Source: an uncultured Candidatus Actinomarina sp. (GTDB taxonomy: Bacteria > Actinomycetota > Acidimicrobiia > Actinomarinales > Actinomarinaceae). Taken from it: a stretch of DNA of 64,000 bases. The position numbers were made by a program, and so were the translations under genes. The notes beneath the pieces are model-generated. The model searched no databases and was not told where the DNA came from. It saw only the letters and a list, made by a program, of their open reading frames with translations. Of the stretch, positions 28,633 to 39,978 are shown in pieces (within the stretch, counting starts at the first letter, position 1; the number at the start of each line of letters is the position of its first letter). The stretch lies in the NCBI GenBank assembly GCA_902626065.1, contig CACODT010000005.1, positions 1,315 through 65,314 on the forward strand. The letters are read 5' to 3'.

Positions 28633-28762
28633 GTTTACTCCTTGTCCAACTAGTTGTAGGTATCTTAAATACCTTTAAAAACCCTGTTAGGATTTAATAT
28701 TAGACAAGTTTTAATAGATTATCTTTTGATAGTGTTATTTTTTTTGTTCTAATTTGATAATT

Positions 28763-31243
28763 TTAAGAATCTGTATCGACCATGTCGACTTCAGGTTCAT
28801 TTGGTGCCTCGACAGCTTCAAAATCAAGTGAGGACTTTTCATCGTTTAGTGAGACAATTATGGTTGATCCAGCTTTGTACTTACCTTGTAAGAGTTCTTC
28901 TGATAATGGATCCTCTAAAAGTCTTTGAATTGATCTTCTTAAAGGTCTGGCTCCAAATTCTTTGTTGTATCCTTCCTCAGCTAGATATTCTTTAGCCTCA
29001 TCTGATAATACAATTTCAAGATCTGAATTTTTTAACTGCTTATGAACTCGATCAAGCATAAGATCAACAATCTCTTTTACTTCGTCTAATGTAAGCTCAT
29101 GGAATACAATAGTCTCATCAATACGATTCAAAAATTCTGGCTTAAAATATCGTTTTAATTCCTCGTTAACTTTAGATTTCATTTTTTCATAAGAATCTAG
29201 ATCAGATAAATTACTGAATCCAATATTCTTTGATAAATCTTTTGTACCTAAATTACTTGTCATTATTATTACTGTATTTTTAAAATCAACAGTTCTGCCC
29301 TGAGCATCAGTTAATCTACCATCCTCTAAAATCTGTAATAAAGTATTGAAAACATCAGGATGAGCTTTTTCGACTTCATCAAGTAAAACAACACTAAATG
29401 GTTTTCTTCTGACTGCCTCTGTAAGCTGACCTCCCTCATCATAACCAACGTATCCAGGAGGTGATCCAATTAACCTGCTAACTGTGTGTTTTTCCATATA
29501 TTCTGACATATCAATTTGAATTAATGAATCCTCGTCTCCAAACAAAAATTCAGCAAGAGCTTTTGCAGTTTCAGTTTTACCAACACCAGATGGTCCTAAA
29601 AATATGAAAGAACCTGATGGTCTTTTTGGATCTTTCAACCCTGATCTTGTTCTTCTGATTGCTTTTGAAACAGCTGTAATAGCTTCATTTTGTCCGACTA
29701 TTCTTTTGTGTAGTTCATTTTCCATTTCAAGTAGTCTTGCTGTCTCTTCTTGAGTTAATCTATGAACAGGTATGCCTGTCCATTGAGCTAAAACTTCTGC
29801 TATTTCTTCTTCATCTATTACCATTTCTATATCTGATGCTGCACTTCCTTCAGCAGAATCTACTTCATCAATTAAAACTTTTTCTTGATCTCGTATTTGT
29901 GCTGCTTTTTCAAATAATTGTGATTGAACTGCATCTATCTTCTGTTCTCTTAAATTTTTTAATTTATCAGATAATTCTTGCTTTTCTGCGTCTAATGGTT
30001 TCTTATATACTCTCATACGGCTTCCCGCTTCATCAATTAAATCTATAGCTTTATCTGGTAAGAATCTGTCCGAAATATATCTATCTGCCATATTTACTGC
30101 TGAAGCAATTGCTTGGTCAGTAAACCTTACTCCGTGATGAATTTCATATCTGTCTTTTAATCCATCCAAAATTTCAATTGCATCTGACAAATTTGGTTCA
30201 TCAACTTTTACAGATTGGAATCTTCTTTCTAAAGCAGCGTCTTTTTCGAAATGTTTTCTGAATTCTTCAAGTGTTGTTGCTCCAACTGTTTGCAGTTCAC
30301 CTCTCGCAAGCATTGGTTTAAGTATTGAAGCTGCATCAATTGCTCCTTCGGCAGCTCCTGCTCCAACTAAAGTATGAATTTCATCTATAAATAACACGAT
30401 GTCACCTCTAGTCTTAATTTCTTTAAGAACTTTCTTAAGACGTTCTTCAAAATCACCACGGTACCTTGATCCAGCAACAAGTGCTGATAGATCAAGAGTA
30501 TAGATTTGTTTACCCTGCAATGTTGACGGAACATCACCAGACACAATTTTTTGTGCTAATCCCTCGACTATTGCTGTTTTTCCAACACCTGGCTCTCCTA
30601 TTAGAACAGGATTATTTTTTGTTCTCCTCGATAGAATTTGCATTACTCTCTCAATTTCTGTAGTTCTACCGATTACTGGATCTAACTTTCCTTCTTTTGC
30701 CATTCTTGTAAGATTTCTGCCAAATTGATCTAAAATTGCAGAGCCAGTCCCTGAGCCTGGTCTTTCTCTTCCTCCAGTTGACGCAGCTTGAGCTTTTTTA
30801 CCTTCGCCTGAATTTGAAATTAGTTTTATCACTGTTTGTCTAACTTGAGATAATTCAGCTCCTAGTTTTTTAAGCACCTGAGCTGCAACACCTTCACCTT
30901 CACGAATTAATCCTAAGAGAATATGTTCTGTTCCTATGTAGTTGTGTCCTAGTTGTAACGCTTCACGTAAAGAAAGCTCTAATACCTTTTTTGCCCTTGG
31001 TGTAAACGGTATATGTCCACTAGGAGACTGTTGTCCTTCTCCAATTATTTCGACAACCTCAGACCTGACACTGTCAATGTTTATATTTAATTCTTCGATC
31101 GCTTTAGCCGCATGACCTTCACCTTCTTGGATTAGACCCAATAAAATGTGTTCAGTTCCAATGTAATTATGATTAAGTCTTCGTGCTTCTTCTTGAGCTA
31201 AAACAACTACTCTTCTAGCTCTATCTGTAAATCTCTCAAACAT
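28763..31243 (-). CDS. clpC: ATP-dependent Clp protease ATP-binding subunit ClpC
   Basis: 826 aa. Duplicated Clp_N repeats ([12 protein letters not shown] twice), Walker A motifs GEPGVGKT and GPSGVGKT, and a middle coiled-coil/UVR region. Confidence 0.95.
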   Translation of the reverse strand: MFERFTDRARRVVVLAQEEARRLNHNYIGTEHILLGLIQEGEGHAAKAIEELNINIDSVRSEVVEIIGEGQQSPSGHIPFTPRAKKVLELSLREALQLGHNYIGTEHILLGLIREGEGVAAQVLKKLGAELSQVRQTVIKLISNSGEGKKAQAASTGGRERPGSGTGSAILDQFGRNLTRMAKEGKLDPVIGRTTEIERVMQILSRRTKNNPVLIGEPGVGKTAIVEGLAQKIVSGDVPSTLQGKQIYTLDLSALVAGSRYRGDFEERLKKVLKEIKTRGDIVLFIDEIHTLVGAGAAEGAIDAASILKPMLARGELQTVGATTLEEFRKHFEKDAALERRFQSVKVDEPNLSDAIEILDGLKDRYEIHHGVRFTDQAIASAVNMADRYISDRFLPDKAIDLIDEAGSRMRVYKKPLDAEKQELSDKLKNLREQKIDAVQSQLFEKAAQIRDQEKVLIDEVDSAEGSAASDIEMVIDEEEIAEVLAQWTGIPVHRLTQEETARLLEMENELHKRIVGQNEAITAVSKAIRRTRSGLKDPKRPSGSFIFLGPSGVGKTETAKALAEFLFGDEDSLIQIDMSEYMEKHTVSRLIGSPPGYVGYDEGGQLTEAVRRKPFSVVLLDEVEKAHPDVFNTLLQILEDGRLTDAQGRTVDFKNTVIIMTSNLGTKDLSKNIGFSNLSDLDSYEKMKSKVNEELKRYFKPEFLNRIDETIVFHELTLDEVKEIVDLMLDRVHKQLKNSDLEIVLSDEAKEYLAEEGYNKEFGARPLRRSIQRLLEDPLSEELLQGKYKAGSTIIVSLNDEKSSLDFEAVEAPNEPEVDMVDTDS

Positions 31244-31296
31244 AAGTTTATATTAACAAAGCTCTGTTTATACATCTAAATGAAAACTACAACTAT

Positions 31297-32301
31297 TTGC
31301 AAAATTCTCTTATTCTTATCTTTATGGATTCAAAAGAACTACAAAGTATTATTCCCATTCCAAGAATTTGGGAAAATTTAGAAGAATTAGAAAATAGATT
31401 GATACAAATAAGCAGTTCTTCGGATTCTTTCCTAACTGAAATTTCTCAGTATCTAATTTCAGCTGGGGGTAAAAGATTTAGACCTCTTATTGCACTACTT
31501 GCAGGTGAACTTGGCGATGGTGATAGTAAAAAAGTAATCGATGCAGGCGTCTCTGTGGAATTAATTCATCTTGGAAGTCTATATCACGATGATGTCATAG
31601 ATGATGCCTCTACACGTAGAGGGGTAGTAAGTACGAACAAAAAGTGGAACTCAACATTATCAATTCTTGCTGGAGATTATCTTTTGGCACGATCTTCTGA
31701 GCTGGCCGCAGAGTCGCTTGGTCTTGAATCCGTAAAATTGCTTGCCTCAACTTACGCTCAACTTGTTGAGGGTCAAACAAAAGAAGTCCAATATTCATAC
31801 AACACAGATCATGGGACAGAGGATTACATGAAAATTATTGAAGGCAAGACTGCTAGCTTAATTCGGACAAGTGCAAGGCTTGGGTCAATGGCATCAAATA
31901 GCAAACAAGATTCAATAACAGCAATCAGCGAATGGGCTTGGCATAATGGAATAATTTTTCAAATTACGGATGACATTTTAGATTTAAGTTCTGATGAGCA
32001 AACCCTGGGTAAACCATCTGGTAATGATATCCTCGAAGGTACTTATACACTTCCTGTACTAATAGCCTTACAAAAAAACCCAGAGAGAATAAAAAAAATA
32101 TTGGATGAAATTAAAGACAATAAAACTAATTTAGAAGATGTAATTTCTGAATTTAATAATGAGGAAATAGTCTCGGAAACTAAACTCTTCCTAAAATCTC
32201 ATATTAAGAAAAGTGAGAATGCTGCAATGAAAATTGAAGATGAATCTATAAAAAATATTCTTTTAGATTTAAATGAATACCTTATTAAACGGAGTAATTA
32301 A
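31297..32301 (+). CDS. Polyprenyl diphosphate synthase (trans-IPPS, IspB/GrcC-like)
   Basis: 334 aa. First Asp-rich motif LYHDDVIDDASTRRG and second motif FQITDDILD. The start is ambiguous (TTG at 31297 or ATG at 31324). Chain length cannot be determined. Confidence 0.85.
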   Translation: MQNSLILIFMDSKELQSIIPIPRIWENLEELENRLIQISSSSDSFLTEISQYLISAGGKRFRPLIALLAGELGDGDSKKVIDAGVSVELIHLGSLYHDDVIDDASTRRGVVSTNKKWNSTLSILAGDYLLARSSELAAESLGLESVKLLASTYAQLVEGQTKEVQYSYNTDHGTEDYMKIIEGKTASLIRTSARLGSMASNSKQDSITAISEWAWHNGIIFQITDDILDLSSDEQTLGKPSGNDILEGTYTLPVLIALQKNPERIKKILDEIKDNKTNLEDVISEFNNEEIVSETKLFLKSHIKKSENAAMKIEDESIKNILLDLNEYLIKRSN

Positions 32302-33782
32302 TTTTCTGGCTTTAAGTTTGTAAATGAAATAACTTCTCTAATTGAAGTTTTACCTACAATCATCATAATGAATCTATCAATTCCAAAACCTAAACCACCA
32401 GTTGGAGGTAGTGCATATTGTAATGCTTCCACATAATCTTTATCTTCAACATGAGCTTCTTCATCACCTTGATTTTTTTTAATTGCTTGTTCTCTAAGTC
32501 TGTTTTCCTGATCTTCTGAATCAATAAGTTCTGAAAAACCATTCGCTAACTCACTTCCAAACGCAAAAAGTTCAAATCTTTCAGTAATTCCTTTTTCATC
32601 TTTTTTCTCTCTTGCAAAAGGTGAGACCTCAACTGGATAATCAATTACAAAAGTAGGATTAATAATTTCTTTTTCAATAAAATTTTCAAAGAGTTCGTAA
32701 ACAAGTAAACCGATTGATTTTGCCTCAAAAACTACATCCTGTTTTTTTAGCTCCTGACTTATTTTTTTAAAGTCTGAATTGAATTTTATCTCTAATCCAA
32801 ATTTCTTCGATACTAAATCAAACATGCTTACCTTTTCCCATGGTCCAGAAAAATCCCCAGTATTCTCACCAAATTCTAATTTTGTTGGGATATTTAAATG
32901 CTCAAAGACATACATGCACATGCCCTCAACCATGTCCATAACTGCACTAGCATCTACGTAGGCCTGATAACTTTCTAGCATTGTAAATTCTGGCAAATGA
33001 GTTTGGTCAATACCTTCATTTCTAAAAATTTTCCCTAACTCAAATACTTTTTCAAAACCTCCAATTATTAACCTCTTGAGATATAGCTCAGGAGCAATTC
33101 TTAAATACATATCTATATCAAGAGCGTTATGATGAGTAACAAATGGTTTGGCTATAGCACCTCCAGGTTTTGGTTGAAGAATTGGTGTCTCAACTTCAAC
33201 AAAATTATTTGAATGTAAATAATCTCTAATTAATCTAACTACTTTCGACCTAGTTTCTAAGATTTTTTTTGATTCTGGATTAACTATTAAATCAAGGTAG
33301 CGCTGTCTAAATCTCGTTTCCTTATCTTTTAGGCCATGCCATTTTTCTGGAAATGTTCTTAAACTTTTTGATAATATTGTCGCTTCGATTACTTTTATTG
33401 ACAACTCACCTTTCTTAGTTTTAATTACTTCTCCATTTACTGCAATTATGTCTCCGATATCAAAGTTTTCAAAAAGTTTTAAATAAACCATCTCTATTTC
33501 TCCAGAATTTACTAAAAGTTGTATTTTTCCGGTTTGATCTAATATGTCAAAAAATAATAATTTACCAAATGATCTTGAGTTCAAAAGTCGACCTCTGATA
33601 AGTACTTTTATATCAGTGTGAGTTCCATCATCTATATGTTTATGTTCATCAACAATATTAGAAATGGTTGTGGATTTACTAAATTTTGTTGGAAAAGATT
33701 CATCACTTATTTCATTTAAAAAGCTAATTTTCTGCTTTCTAAGTTCATAAATTTCTTTTTCCGATTTTGAAAAATTATCCAC
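32298..33782 (-). CDS. lysS: Lysine--tRNA ligase (class II)
   Basis: 494 aa. N-terminal OB-fold region and class II motifs (FRNEGIDQTHLPEFT; GGLGFGIDRFIMM). Confidence 0.95.
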   Translation of the reverse strand: MDNFSKSEKEIYELRKQKISFLNEISDESFPTKFSKSTTISNIVDEHKHIDDGTHTDIKVLIRGRLLNSRSFGKLLFFDILDQTGKIQLLVNSGEIEMVYLKLFENFDIGDIIAVNGEVIKTKKGELSIKVIEATILSKSLRTFPEKWHGLKDKETRFRQRYLDLIVNPESKKILETRSKVVRLIRDYLHSNNFVEVETPILQPKPGGAIAKPFVTHHNALDIDMYLRIAPELYLKRLIIGGFEKVFELGKIFRNEGIDQTHLPEFTMLESYQAYVDASAVMDMVEGMCMYVFEHLNIPTKLEFGENTGDFSGPWEKVSMFDLVSKKFGLEIKFNSDFKKISQELKKQDVVFEAKSIGLLVYELFENFIEKEIINPTFVIDYPVEVSPFAREKKDEKGITERFELFAFGSELANGFSELIDSEDQENRLREQAIKKNQGDEEAHVEDKDYVEALQYALPPTGGLGFGIDRFIMMIVGKTSIREVISFTNLKPEN

Positions 33783-33792
33783 TATCTATAGC

Positions 33793-34560
33793 CTAATTAT
33801 TCAAAAAATATATTTCTTCAAGTCCGTTCAATGTTAGGTCTTTTGAATATATTGTTTCAATATTTAGAATTGGTTGAATAATTTCTCCTAAACCACCTGT
33901 AATTATGATTTTTGGCTCTGAGTCTATTTCTAAGATTATTTTCTCTAACATAGAATCTATCATTGACGCATGCCCAAGAATCAATCCACTTTGTATAGCC
34001 TCGTATGTATTTTTTCCAATCACAGATTTAGGATTTGATATCTCAACTGACTTCAACGATGAAGTTTTTGATGTTAAAGCTTCAAGAGATATTTTTATCC
34101 CTGGTGCAATAGAACCCCCTAGATACTCTTTTTTGTTATTTACAATATCGAAAGTTGTTGCTGTTCCTAAATCAATAATAACTGCTGTCTTTTTTGCCAT
34201 TTTAAAGCCTCCAACAGAATTAGCTATTCTATCTGGACCTAATTCCTTTGGATTATCAATATTTACTTTTAAACCTGTTTTTATTCCTGGTCCAACATTT
34301 TTCACTGTTTTTGAAGTGAATCTTTTAGTTGCCTCTATCACACTATCGGTTATTTGAGGTACAACGGAACAAATTATTGATCCATCTAGATTTTCATCAT
34401 TTATGCTTTCTGGATCAATTGTTGTTTTAAACATCATAAATAGTTCATCTGATGTTATGGTTTTTCTTGTAGTATATCTGTAGCTTTTCCAAGACAAATT
34501 ATTTCCAACACCAACAGTTGTCTCACTATTTCCCACATCTATAGCAACGATATTTTTCAT
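33793..34560 (-). CDS. coaX: Type III pantothenate kinase
   Basis: 255 aa. AIDVGNS, GPDRIANSVG and IDLGTATTFD are the ASKHA-fold motifs of CoaX. Confidence 0.9.
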   Translation of the reverse strand: MKNIVAIDVGNSETTVGVGNNLSWKSYRYTTRKTITSDELFMMFKTTIDPESINDENLDGSIICSVVPQITDSVIEATKRFTSKTVKNVGPGIKTGLKVNIDNPKELGPDRIANSVGGFKMAKKTAVIIDLGTATTFDIVNNKKEYLGGSIAPGIKISLEALTSKTSSLKSVEISNPKSVIGKNTYEAIQSGLILGHASMIDSMLEKIILEIDSEPKIIITGGLGEIIQPILNIETIYSKDLTLNGLEEIYFLNN

Positions 34561-35384
34561 TAATTTTCCTCAACTTCAAATTGAATGTTATCTATTAATC
34601 TTACGTTTTCAATTAAAACTGCAATAATAATAATTAATTTTTTGGTTGTTGGTGCTAATGGTGAGAAAGTTTCAAGATCAAGAATTTCTAAGTAATCTAA
34701 ACCAATATTTTTCATAGAAAGTATTTGTTCACCCTCTTTAATAGCCATTTCTAAATTCTTTGTTTTTAAAAAATTGGTCTTTACTGCTCTTAAAGATTTG
34801 TATATGTATTGAGCGTTATCAAGACCTTTCTCAGATAAATGTAGATTGCGGCTACTTAAAGCAAGGCCAGAGTTTGCTCTCAAAGTTTCATTTTCAATAA
34901 TTTTTGTTTCGAATTTTTTATCTTCAATTAGTTTTTTAATTAGAAATACTTGTTGAAAATCTTTTTTTCCAAAAATTGCAATATTTGGCTTTATTATCTC
35001 AAATAATCTATTTACGACAGTGATAACCCCATCAAAATGACCCGGCCTTGATATTCCCTCGTATCTCTTTCCAAGCTCTCCTGCTGACAATAATTCAAAA
35101 CCTGACTGCGGATAAATATACTCCTCTTCTGGAACAAAAACAAAATCAACATCATATTCTTTGAGCATATATAAATCTTTTTCAAGATCTCTTGGGTAAT
35201 TTTCAAAATCGATTGGATCATTAAATTGAAGTCTATTTACAAATATAGAAACTATTACTTCATTATCAGTTTCTTTTGCAGTCTTAATTAATGAGATATG
35301 GCCTTCGTGCAAAGCTCCCATTGTTGGAACTAAACATAAGTTATTGTTTTCAATAATAGGTTTGTTATCTTGTATAATTTTCAT
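34560..35384 (-). CDS. panC: Pantoate--beta-alanine ligase
   Basis: 274 aa. VPTMGALHEGHISLI and FGKKDFQQ motifs. Confidence 0.92.
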   Translation of the reverse strand: MKIIQDNKPIIENNNLCLVPTMGALHEGHISLIKTAKETDNEVIVSIFVNRLQFNDPIDFENYPRDLEKDLYMLKEYDVDFVFVPEEEYIYPQSGFELLSAGELGKRYEGISRPGHFDGVITVVNRLFEIIKPNIAIFGKKDFQQVFLIKKLIEDKKFETKIIENETLRANSGLALSSRNLHLSEKGLDNAQYIYKSLRAVKTNFLKTKNLEMAIKEGEQILSMKNIGLDYLEILDLETFSPLAPTTKKLIIIIAVLIENVRLIDNIQFEVEEN

Positions 35385-35413
35385 ATTTATCGTGCCCTTT
35401 AAGGTGCCCGTAA

Positions 35414-35887
35414 TTATTTAATATTAACGATACCAACTTTACTTATCTTTTGAACATCTAATTTATAATCTTGGATATTAAATTCTTGAAACAATTCAGA
35501 AAGTGGCATGATAACGAAAATTCTATTTGACCAATCATAATGTGGGATAACTAAATCTTTGGAGTTAATTATTTGGTTGTTAAAAAAAACAATATCTATA
35601 TCAATTAATCTAGGCCCATATTTTGTTGTTTTTACTCGTCCCATTTTTTTTTCTGTATCTTTTAAATCTTTTAATAATTGAACTGCTGACTTTTTATAAT
35701 CGATTTGTAATATCAAATTAAAAAACTTATCCTGCTTTTCGTACAAAATAGGCTCAGATTCATAAATTGAAGAAATCTTATTTATTTTCGAAAATCCTGA
35801 AATTTTTTTAATTGCATTTTCTAAATTCAGTTTTTTATCACCAATGTTGGAACCTAGGGATAAGATTATTTTGTTAAAATTCTTCAC
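35414..35887 (-). CDS. folK: 2-amino-4-hydroxy-6-hydroxymethyldihydropteridine diphosphokinase
   Basis: 157 aa. LSLGSNIGD and GPRLIDIDIVFF motifs. fol operon context. Confidence 0.9.
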   Translation of the reverse strand: MKNFNKIILSLGSNIGDKKLNLENAIKKISGFSKINKISSIYESEPILYEKQDKFFNLILQIDYKKSAVQLLKDLKDTEKKMGRVKTTKYGPRLIDIDIVFFNNQIINSKDLVIPHYDWSNRIFVIMPLSELFQEFNIQDYKLDVQKISKVGIVNIK

Positions 35888-36245
35888 TTACTGTCACACT
35901 TAGATCATCAAGAAACTCTTTTAATGGCGAATTAGGTTTATGAATAGTTACTGTCGCATTAAATATGTTTTTGTATTTTTTAAGAGAATTTAATATTTCA
36001 TATGCGAACGTCTCAATTAGGTCAAATGAGTTATTTTCTGAAACCTCTATCACATCATTAACTAAGTTTTCATAATTTACTGTGTTGTCAAAACTTTCCG
36101 ATTTGTAATTATCAAAATTTATAATATTTGGCTTGAGATCTACTACAACATCTATTTTGAACTCTTGGCCTTCTTTTTTTTCATGGTCATACACGCCATG
36201 TTTTCCATGCACATTTATACCATCAATTTTAATTGTGAGAGACAT
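35874..36245 (-). CDS. folB: Dihydroneopterin aldolase
   Basis: 123 aa. HGKHGVYDHEKKEGQEFKIDV pattern and size typical of FolB. Sits between folP and folK. Confidence 0.85.
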   Translation of the reverse strand: MSLTIKIDGINVHGKHGVYDHEKKEGQEFKIDVVVDLKPNIINFDNYKSESFDNTVNYENLVNDVIEVSENNSFDLIETFAYEILNSLKKYKNIFNATVTIHKPNSPLKEFLDDLSVTVSEEF

Positions 36246-36246
36246 G

Positions 36247-36717
36247 CTATGAAGTTGGAATTAAGGCAATGGCCTTTGGTGAAAGTGGTTTGCCCAGTAT
36301 TCTCTCAAGAATTGTTCTAGCGAAAATTGGATCATCTAAAAGTTTTGAGTATATAAGATACCCTGCAAGAATCCCAGGAACTTCTTCGTCTAAATACTCT
36401 CTATGAATTAAAAGTTTTCTTTCCTTGTCTGACAATGCTTCTTTTATTGCATCAAAGATCACACCAACAGACTCAATTGATACACTTTCACCTAAAGGAA
36501 AATGATAAGTTCTAAATCCAACTTCTTGATAATTTTTTAAATTAAAGTCTGAATCAAGTAATGAAAAAATAGAATTTATACCTTGACTCTTAAGCCATTG
36601 AATCTCTTCTTCTCTCCTTATTTTTCTTGCTGTTAATCCACCCCCGCCTATACATTCAGAAACAGCGAGTTTCCCTTCAATAATCCAAAAAAAATCGTTT
36701 GGTTTTAGTCCAGCCAT
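36247..36717 (-). CDS. Phosphatase-fold (dual-specificity/PTP-like) protein lacking the catalytic CX5R motif
   Basis: 156 aa. The pattern W-IIEGKLAVSE ... IQWLKSQGINSIFSLLD ... YHFPL.. ... KLLIH-REYLDEEVPG-ILAGYLIY resembles a DSP fold. Arg replaces Cys after the His, and no Arg occupies the P-loop position. The stop lies 1 nt from the folB start. The fold assignment is by eye only. Confidence 0.4.
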   Translation of the reverse strand: MAGLKPNDFFWIIEGKLAVSECIGGGGLTARKIRREEEIQWLKSQGINSIFSLLDSDFNLKNYQEVGFRTYHFPLGESVSIESVGVIFDAIKEALSDKERKLLIHREYLDEEVPGILAGYLIYSKLLDDPIFARTILERILGKPLSPKAIALIPTS

Positions 36718-36762
36718 TATTTCCTCTTAAGTCAGCCTAACATACTACATTACACAAATAAT

Positions 36763-37506
36763 TTAATTATCAAGGTGAAGCCTAACCAAAGCTACACCTG
36801 AATCTATACAATGCTTTTGCATTTCACTTTCTGTCATATTAAATTGTTCAGTAAATTTTTTCTTTGAATAACCAACTACCAATGGATAGACAGTTATTAA
36901 ATTTTTAAGATTTAAAAATAAATCTATTGAATCATCCATATTTTTTCCGAAACCTAAACCAGGGTCAATAGCTATTTGTTTTTTCTCAATTCCATTTTTT
37001 ATTAAATGTTCTATTTGGTCAATAAGATGAGTATTTACCTCTTCTAATACATTTGAGTATTTCATTTTTTCATGTAAGTAAGCAGATTTTGGGTTTCTAT
37101 GCATAACAATAATGCCACACTTTGTTTGAGATGCTAGCTCAATCATTTTCTCATCTACAAATCCGGAAACATCATTTATAATTAAAAACCCAGAGTCTAA
37201 TGCTTTTTTCGCAACCGATGGATTGAATGTATCAATCGAGTAATAAAACTGTTTTGATTTATTCTTTAAAAAGTAATTGAGCCTATTTATTTCTTCGTTT
37301 CTTTTTAATATTTTATAACCTGGCTTTGAAGACATACATCCAATATCTAAAAGCTTTACATTATTCTTAATTGCAAGCTCAAATTTTTTTTCGAGTTGTT
37401 GGTTAGAATTTAGTACACCATCTCCCGAAAAAGAATCATCTGTAATATTTATGATTCCAAGAGTTTTTTTTTCTAATGATTCTAAAAAACTTTTCCAGTC
37501 AAACAA
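36763..37506 (-). CDS. folP: Dihydropteroate synthase
   Basis: 247 aa. GIINITDDSFSGDG, SIDT, INDVSG, DPGLGFGK and GYSKKKF correspond to DHPS motifs. Confidence 0.88.
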   Translation of the reverse strand: MFDWKSFLESLEKKTLGIINITDDSFSGDGVLNSNQQLEKKFELAIKNNVKLLDIGCMSSKPGYKILKRNEEINRLNYFLKNKSKQFYYSIDTFNPSVAKKALDSGFLIINDVSGFVDEKMIELASQTKCGIIVMHRNPKSAYLHEKMKYSNVLEEVNTHLIDQIEHLIKNGIEKKQIAIDPGLGFGKNMDDSIDLFLNLKNLITVYPLVVGYSKKKFTEQFNMTESEMQKHCIDSGVALVRLHLDN

Positions 37507-37507
37507 T

Positions 37508-38074
37508 TTAACTCATATTTAATGAAGCTTCAGCTCTTAAAGAAGAATCTAACTCATAAATGCCTGTCGAAAATGTTGTAGTAATGTCTCCAATAGAATT
37601 TTCTGGACTGAGAAGGTCTGAACAGAGATGTTTCGCTATAACTTTTACATGAACTCCCTCACAGTTTAAATAAGAAAATATTATTTTTGATATGTCCTCA
37701 GTCAATTTTTCTTGAATAGTTAAATTACTGGATAAATTATTTATTAAATCACTAAACTTCGAGATTCCTAATATATCTTTCTTTGGCAATACAGCAATAC
37801 TTACATGACCAAAAAAAGGAAACATATGATGCTCGCAAAACGAGATAAACGGTATATCGTTTATGTATATAGGTTGATTATGCTCAACATTATTTAGTTC
37901 AGAAAAAATAGAATCAATACTTTTCTTAGGGAAACTTAATTTTTTTTCAATCTGATTCAAAAATTTTTTAGCAATTATCTCTGCTTCATCAATTGGCTTA
38001 TTAGAAATTTGAGTAATGAATTCTGACAAGACACTTTCAAGTTCAATGTTTGTCTTGATGGCCTTTTTATTCAT
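37508..38074 (-). CDS. folE: GTP cyclohydrolase I
   Basis: 188 aa with FCEHHMFPFFGHVSIAVLP motif. Confidence 0.9.
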   Translation of the reverse strand: MNKKAIKTNIELESVLSEFITQISNKPIDEAEIIAKKFLNQIEKKLSFPKKSIDSIFSELNNVEHNQPIYINDIPFISFCEHHMFPFFGHVSIAVLPKKDILGISKFSDLINNLSSNLTIQEKLTEDISKIIFSYLNCEGVHVKVIAKHLCSDLLSPENSIGDITTTFSTGIYELDSSLRAEASLNMS

Positions 38075-39936
38075 GCTAATTTTAAACTTTTTCCAGATCC
38101 TGTTATTTGGACTTTTTTTATTTTATTAAAAATCTTTGCAACTTCGTCTCTATCAATTGTTTCCTTTTCCATCAAAACTCTTACCATGTCTTCCATCTGT
38201 TTTTTAAATTTTGCAAGTATTTTGCCAGCAATGTTGTGTGCATCGCTTAGAAGGTTTTTTACTTCTTCATCAATTGACGAAGCTACTTCATCTGAATAAT
38301 CTTGTTGTCTTCCATAGTCTCGACCAAGAAATACTTCATTTGTTCCTTTACCATAAAGCATTGGTCCGAGCTTTTCACTCATACCAAATTCCATTACCAT
38401 TCTTCTTGCGATCTCGGTTGCTTTTTCAATATCATTTGATGCTCCCGTTGTTGGATCAGCAAAGATAAGTTCCTCTGCCACCCTTCCTCCCATTAACATT
38501 GCTAGGCGATCTTTTAATTCCGCTTTTGAAGTTAGATATTTTTCACTTTCTGGAAGTGCTTGTGTATATCCTAAAGCCCTTCCCCTCGGAATAATTGTTA
38601 CTTTATGAATTGGATCAGCATTTGGTAGTGCCCAGCCCACAAGTGCATGACCAGTTTCATGATAAGCGATGATAAGTTTCTCCTCCTCAGTCATAATTTG
38701 ACTTTTCTTTTCAGGGCCTGCTAAAACTCTATCAATTGAATTTTCAATATCTGAAATCGAAATTGTTTTTTTGCTTTTTCTTGCTGCAAGCAGGGCAGCT
38801 TCATTGAGTAAATTTGCTAAATCTGCACCTGTAAAACCAGGAGTTTGCTTTGCGATAGTCTCAAGATTTACATTTTTTGCTATAGGCTTGTCAATAGAAT
38901 GAACTTTTAGAATCTGTGTTCTTCCTTTTAAATCTGGTCTATCCACAATTACTTGCCTATCAAATCGCCCAGGCCTTAATAATGCTGGATCTAATACGTC
39001 TGGCCTATTTGTTGCTGCCATTAAAATAACTCCTTGATTCGCTTCAAAACCATCCATTTCTACAAGTAGTTGATTCAAGGTTTGTTCCCTTTCATCATGA
39101 CCTCCACCTAAACCAGCTCCTCTCATTCTTCCAACTGCATCAATTTCATCAATGAATATAATTGCGGGAGATGACTCTTTTGCTTTTTTGAATAAATCTC
39201 TTACTCTACTTGCACCAACACCAACAAACATCTCAACAAAATCAGAGCCTGAAATACTAAAAAATGGAACATTTGATTCTCCTGCAACGGCTTTAGCTAA
39301 TAGAGTTTTTCCGGTACCTGGGGGTCCAACTAAAAGTACCCCTTTTGGAATTTTTGCTCCTAACTTATTGAATTTTTCTGGGGATTTTAAAAATTCTTTA
39401 ATTTCCTCAAGCTCTTCTTTTGCTTCCTCTGCTCCTGCAACATCTTTAAATGTTACTTTAGGCGATTCTTCATCTAACTCTTTTGCTTTTGATTTACCAA
39501 ATTGCATAATCTGGTTTCCATTTGAACGAACTTGAGAGAGCATAAAGAACATAAATCCTGCAAGAAATATCCAAGGTAAAAAAGCGATAAAATAATCCTG
39601 CATTCCTGCTGGCTCTGTATCGGTATTGAGAATGATATTTTGTTCTATCAATAGTTTAAAAATTTCTCCCTCAAAACCTTCTGGGTAATCCGTTTGATAT
39701 TCTAGATCATCATTTCTTAATTTATATTGGATAGTGTTTGACTGTTCTTTAATGGTTGCCTCCACAACTAAGCCTTGATCAATTTGTGATTGGAATTCTG
39801 AGAAAGTCGAGGTTTCTGGTGCATTTATTGATTGGTTGTATCTTTGGGCGCCAAAAAAAATCAAAAGCCCTAATGAGATATATATGAATACAGATTTGTT
39901 TCTTTTTTTATTTAGTTCCTCTTTATTATTTTCCAC
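38071..39936 (-). CDS. ftsH: ATP-dependent zinc metalloprotease FtsH
   Basis: 621 aa. Two N-terminal TM segments, AAA Walker [12 protein letters not shown] region, zinc motif HETGHAL. Confidence 0.96.
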   Translation of the reverse strand: MENNKEELNKKRNKSVFIYISLGLLIFFGAQRYNQSINAPETSTFSEFQSQIDQGLVVEATIKEQSNTIQYKLRNDDLEYQTDYPEGFEGEIFKLLIEQNIILNTDTEPAGMQDYFIAFLPWIFLAGFMFFMLSQVRSNGNQIMQFGKSKAKELDEESPKVTFKDVAGAEEAKEELEEIKEFLKSPEKFNKLGAKIPKGVLLVGPPGTGKTLLAKAVAGESNVPFFSISGSDFVEMFVGVGASRVRDLFKKAKESSPAIIFIDEIDAVGRMRGAGLGGGHDEREQTLNQLLVEMDGFEANQGVILMAATNRPDVLDPALLRPGRFDRQVIVDRPDLKGRTQILKVHSIDKPIAKNVNLETIAKQTPGFTGADLANLLNEAALLAARKSKKTISISDIENSIDRVLAGPEKKSQIMTEEEKLIIAYHETGHALVGWALPNADPIHKVTIIPRGRALGYTQALPESEKYLTSKAELKDRLAMLMGGRVAEELIFADPTTGASNDIEKATEIARRMVMEFGMSEKLGPMLYGKGTNEVFLGRDYGRQQDYSDEVASSIDEEVKNLLSDAHNIAGKILAKFKKQMEDMVRVLMEKETIDRDEVAKIFNKIKKVQITGSGKSLKLA

Positions 39937-39978
39937 ATTTTAAATTTAATAGAAGTCAGATTAAATAAATAGTGAAAG

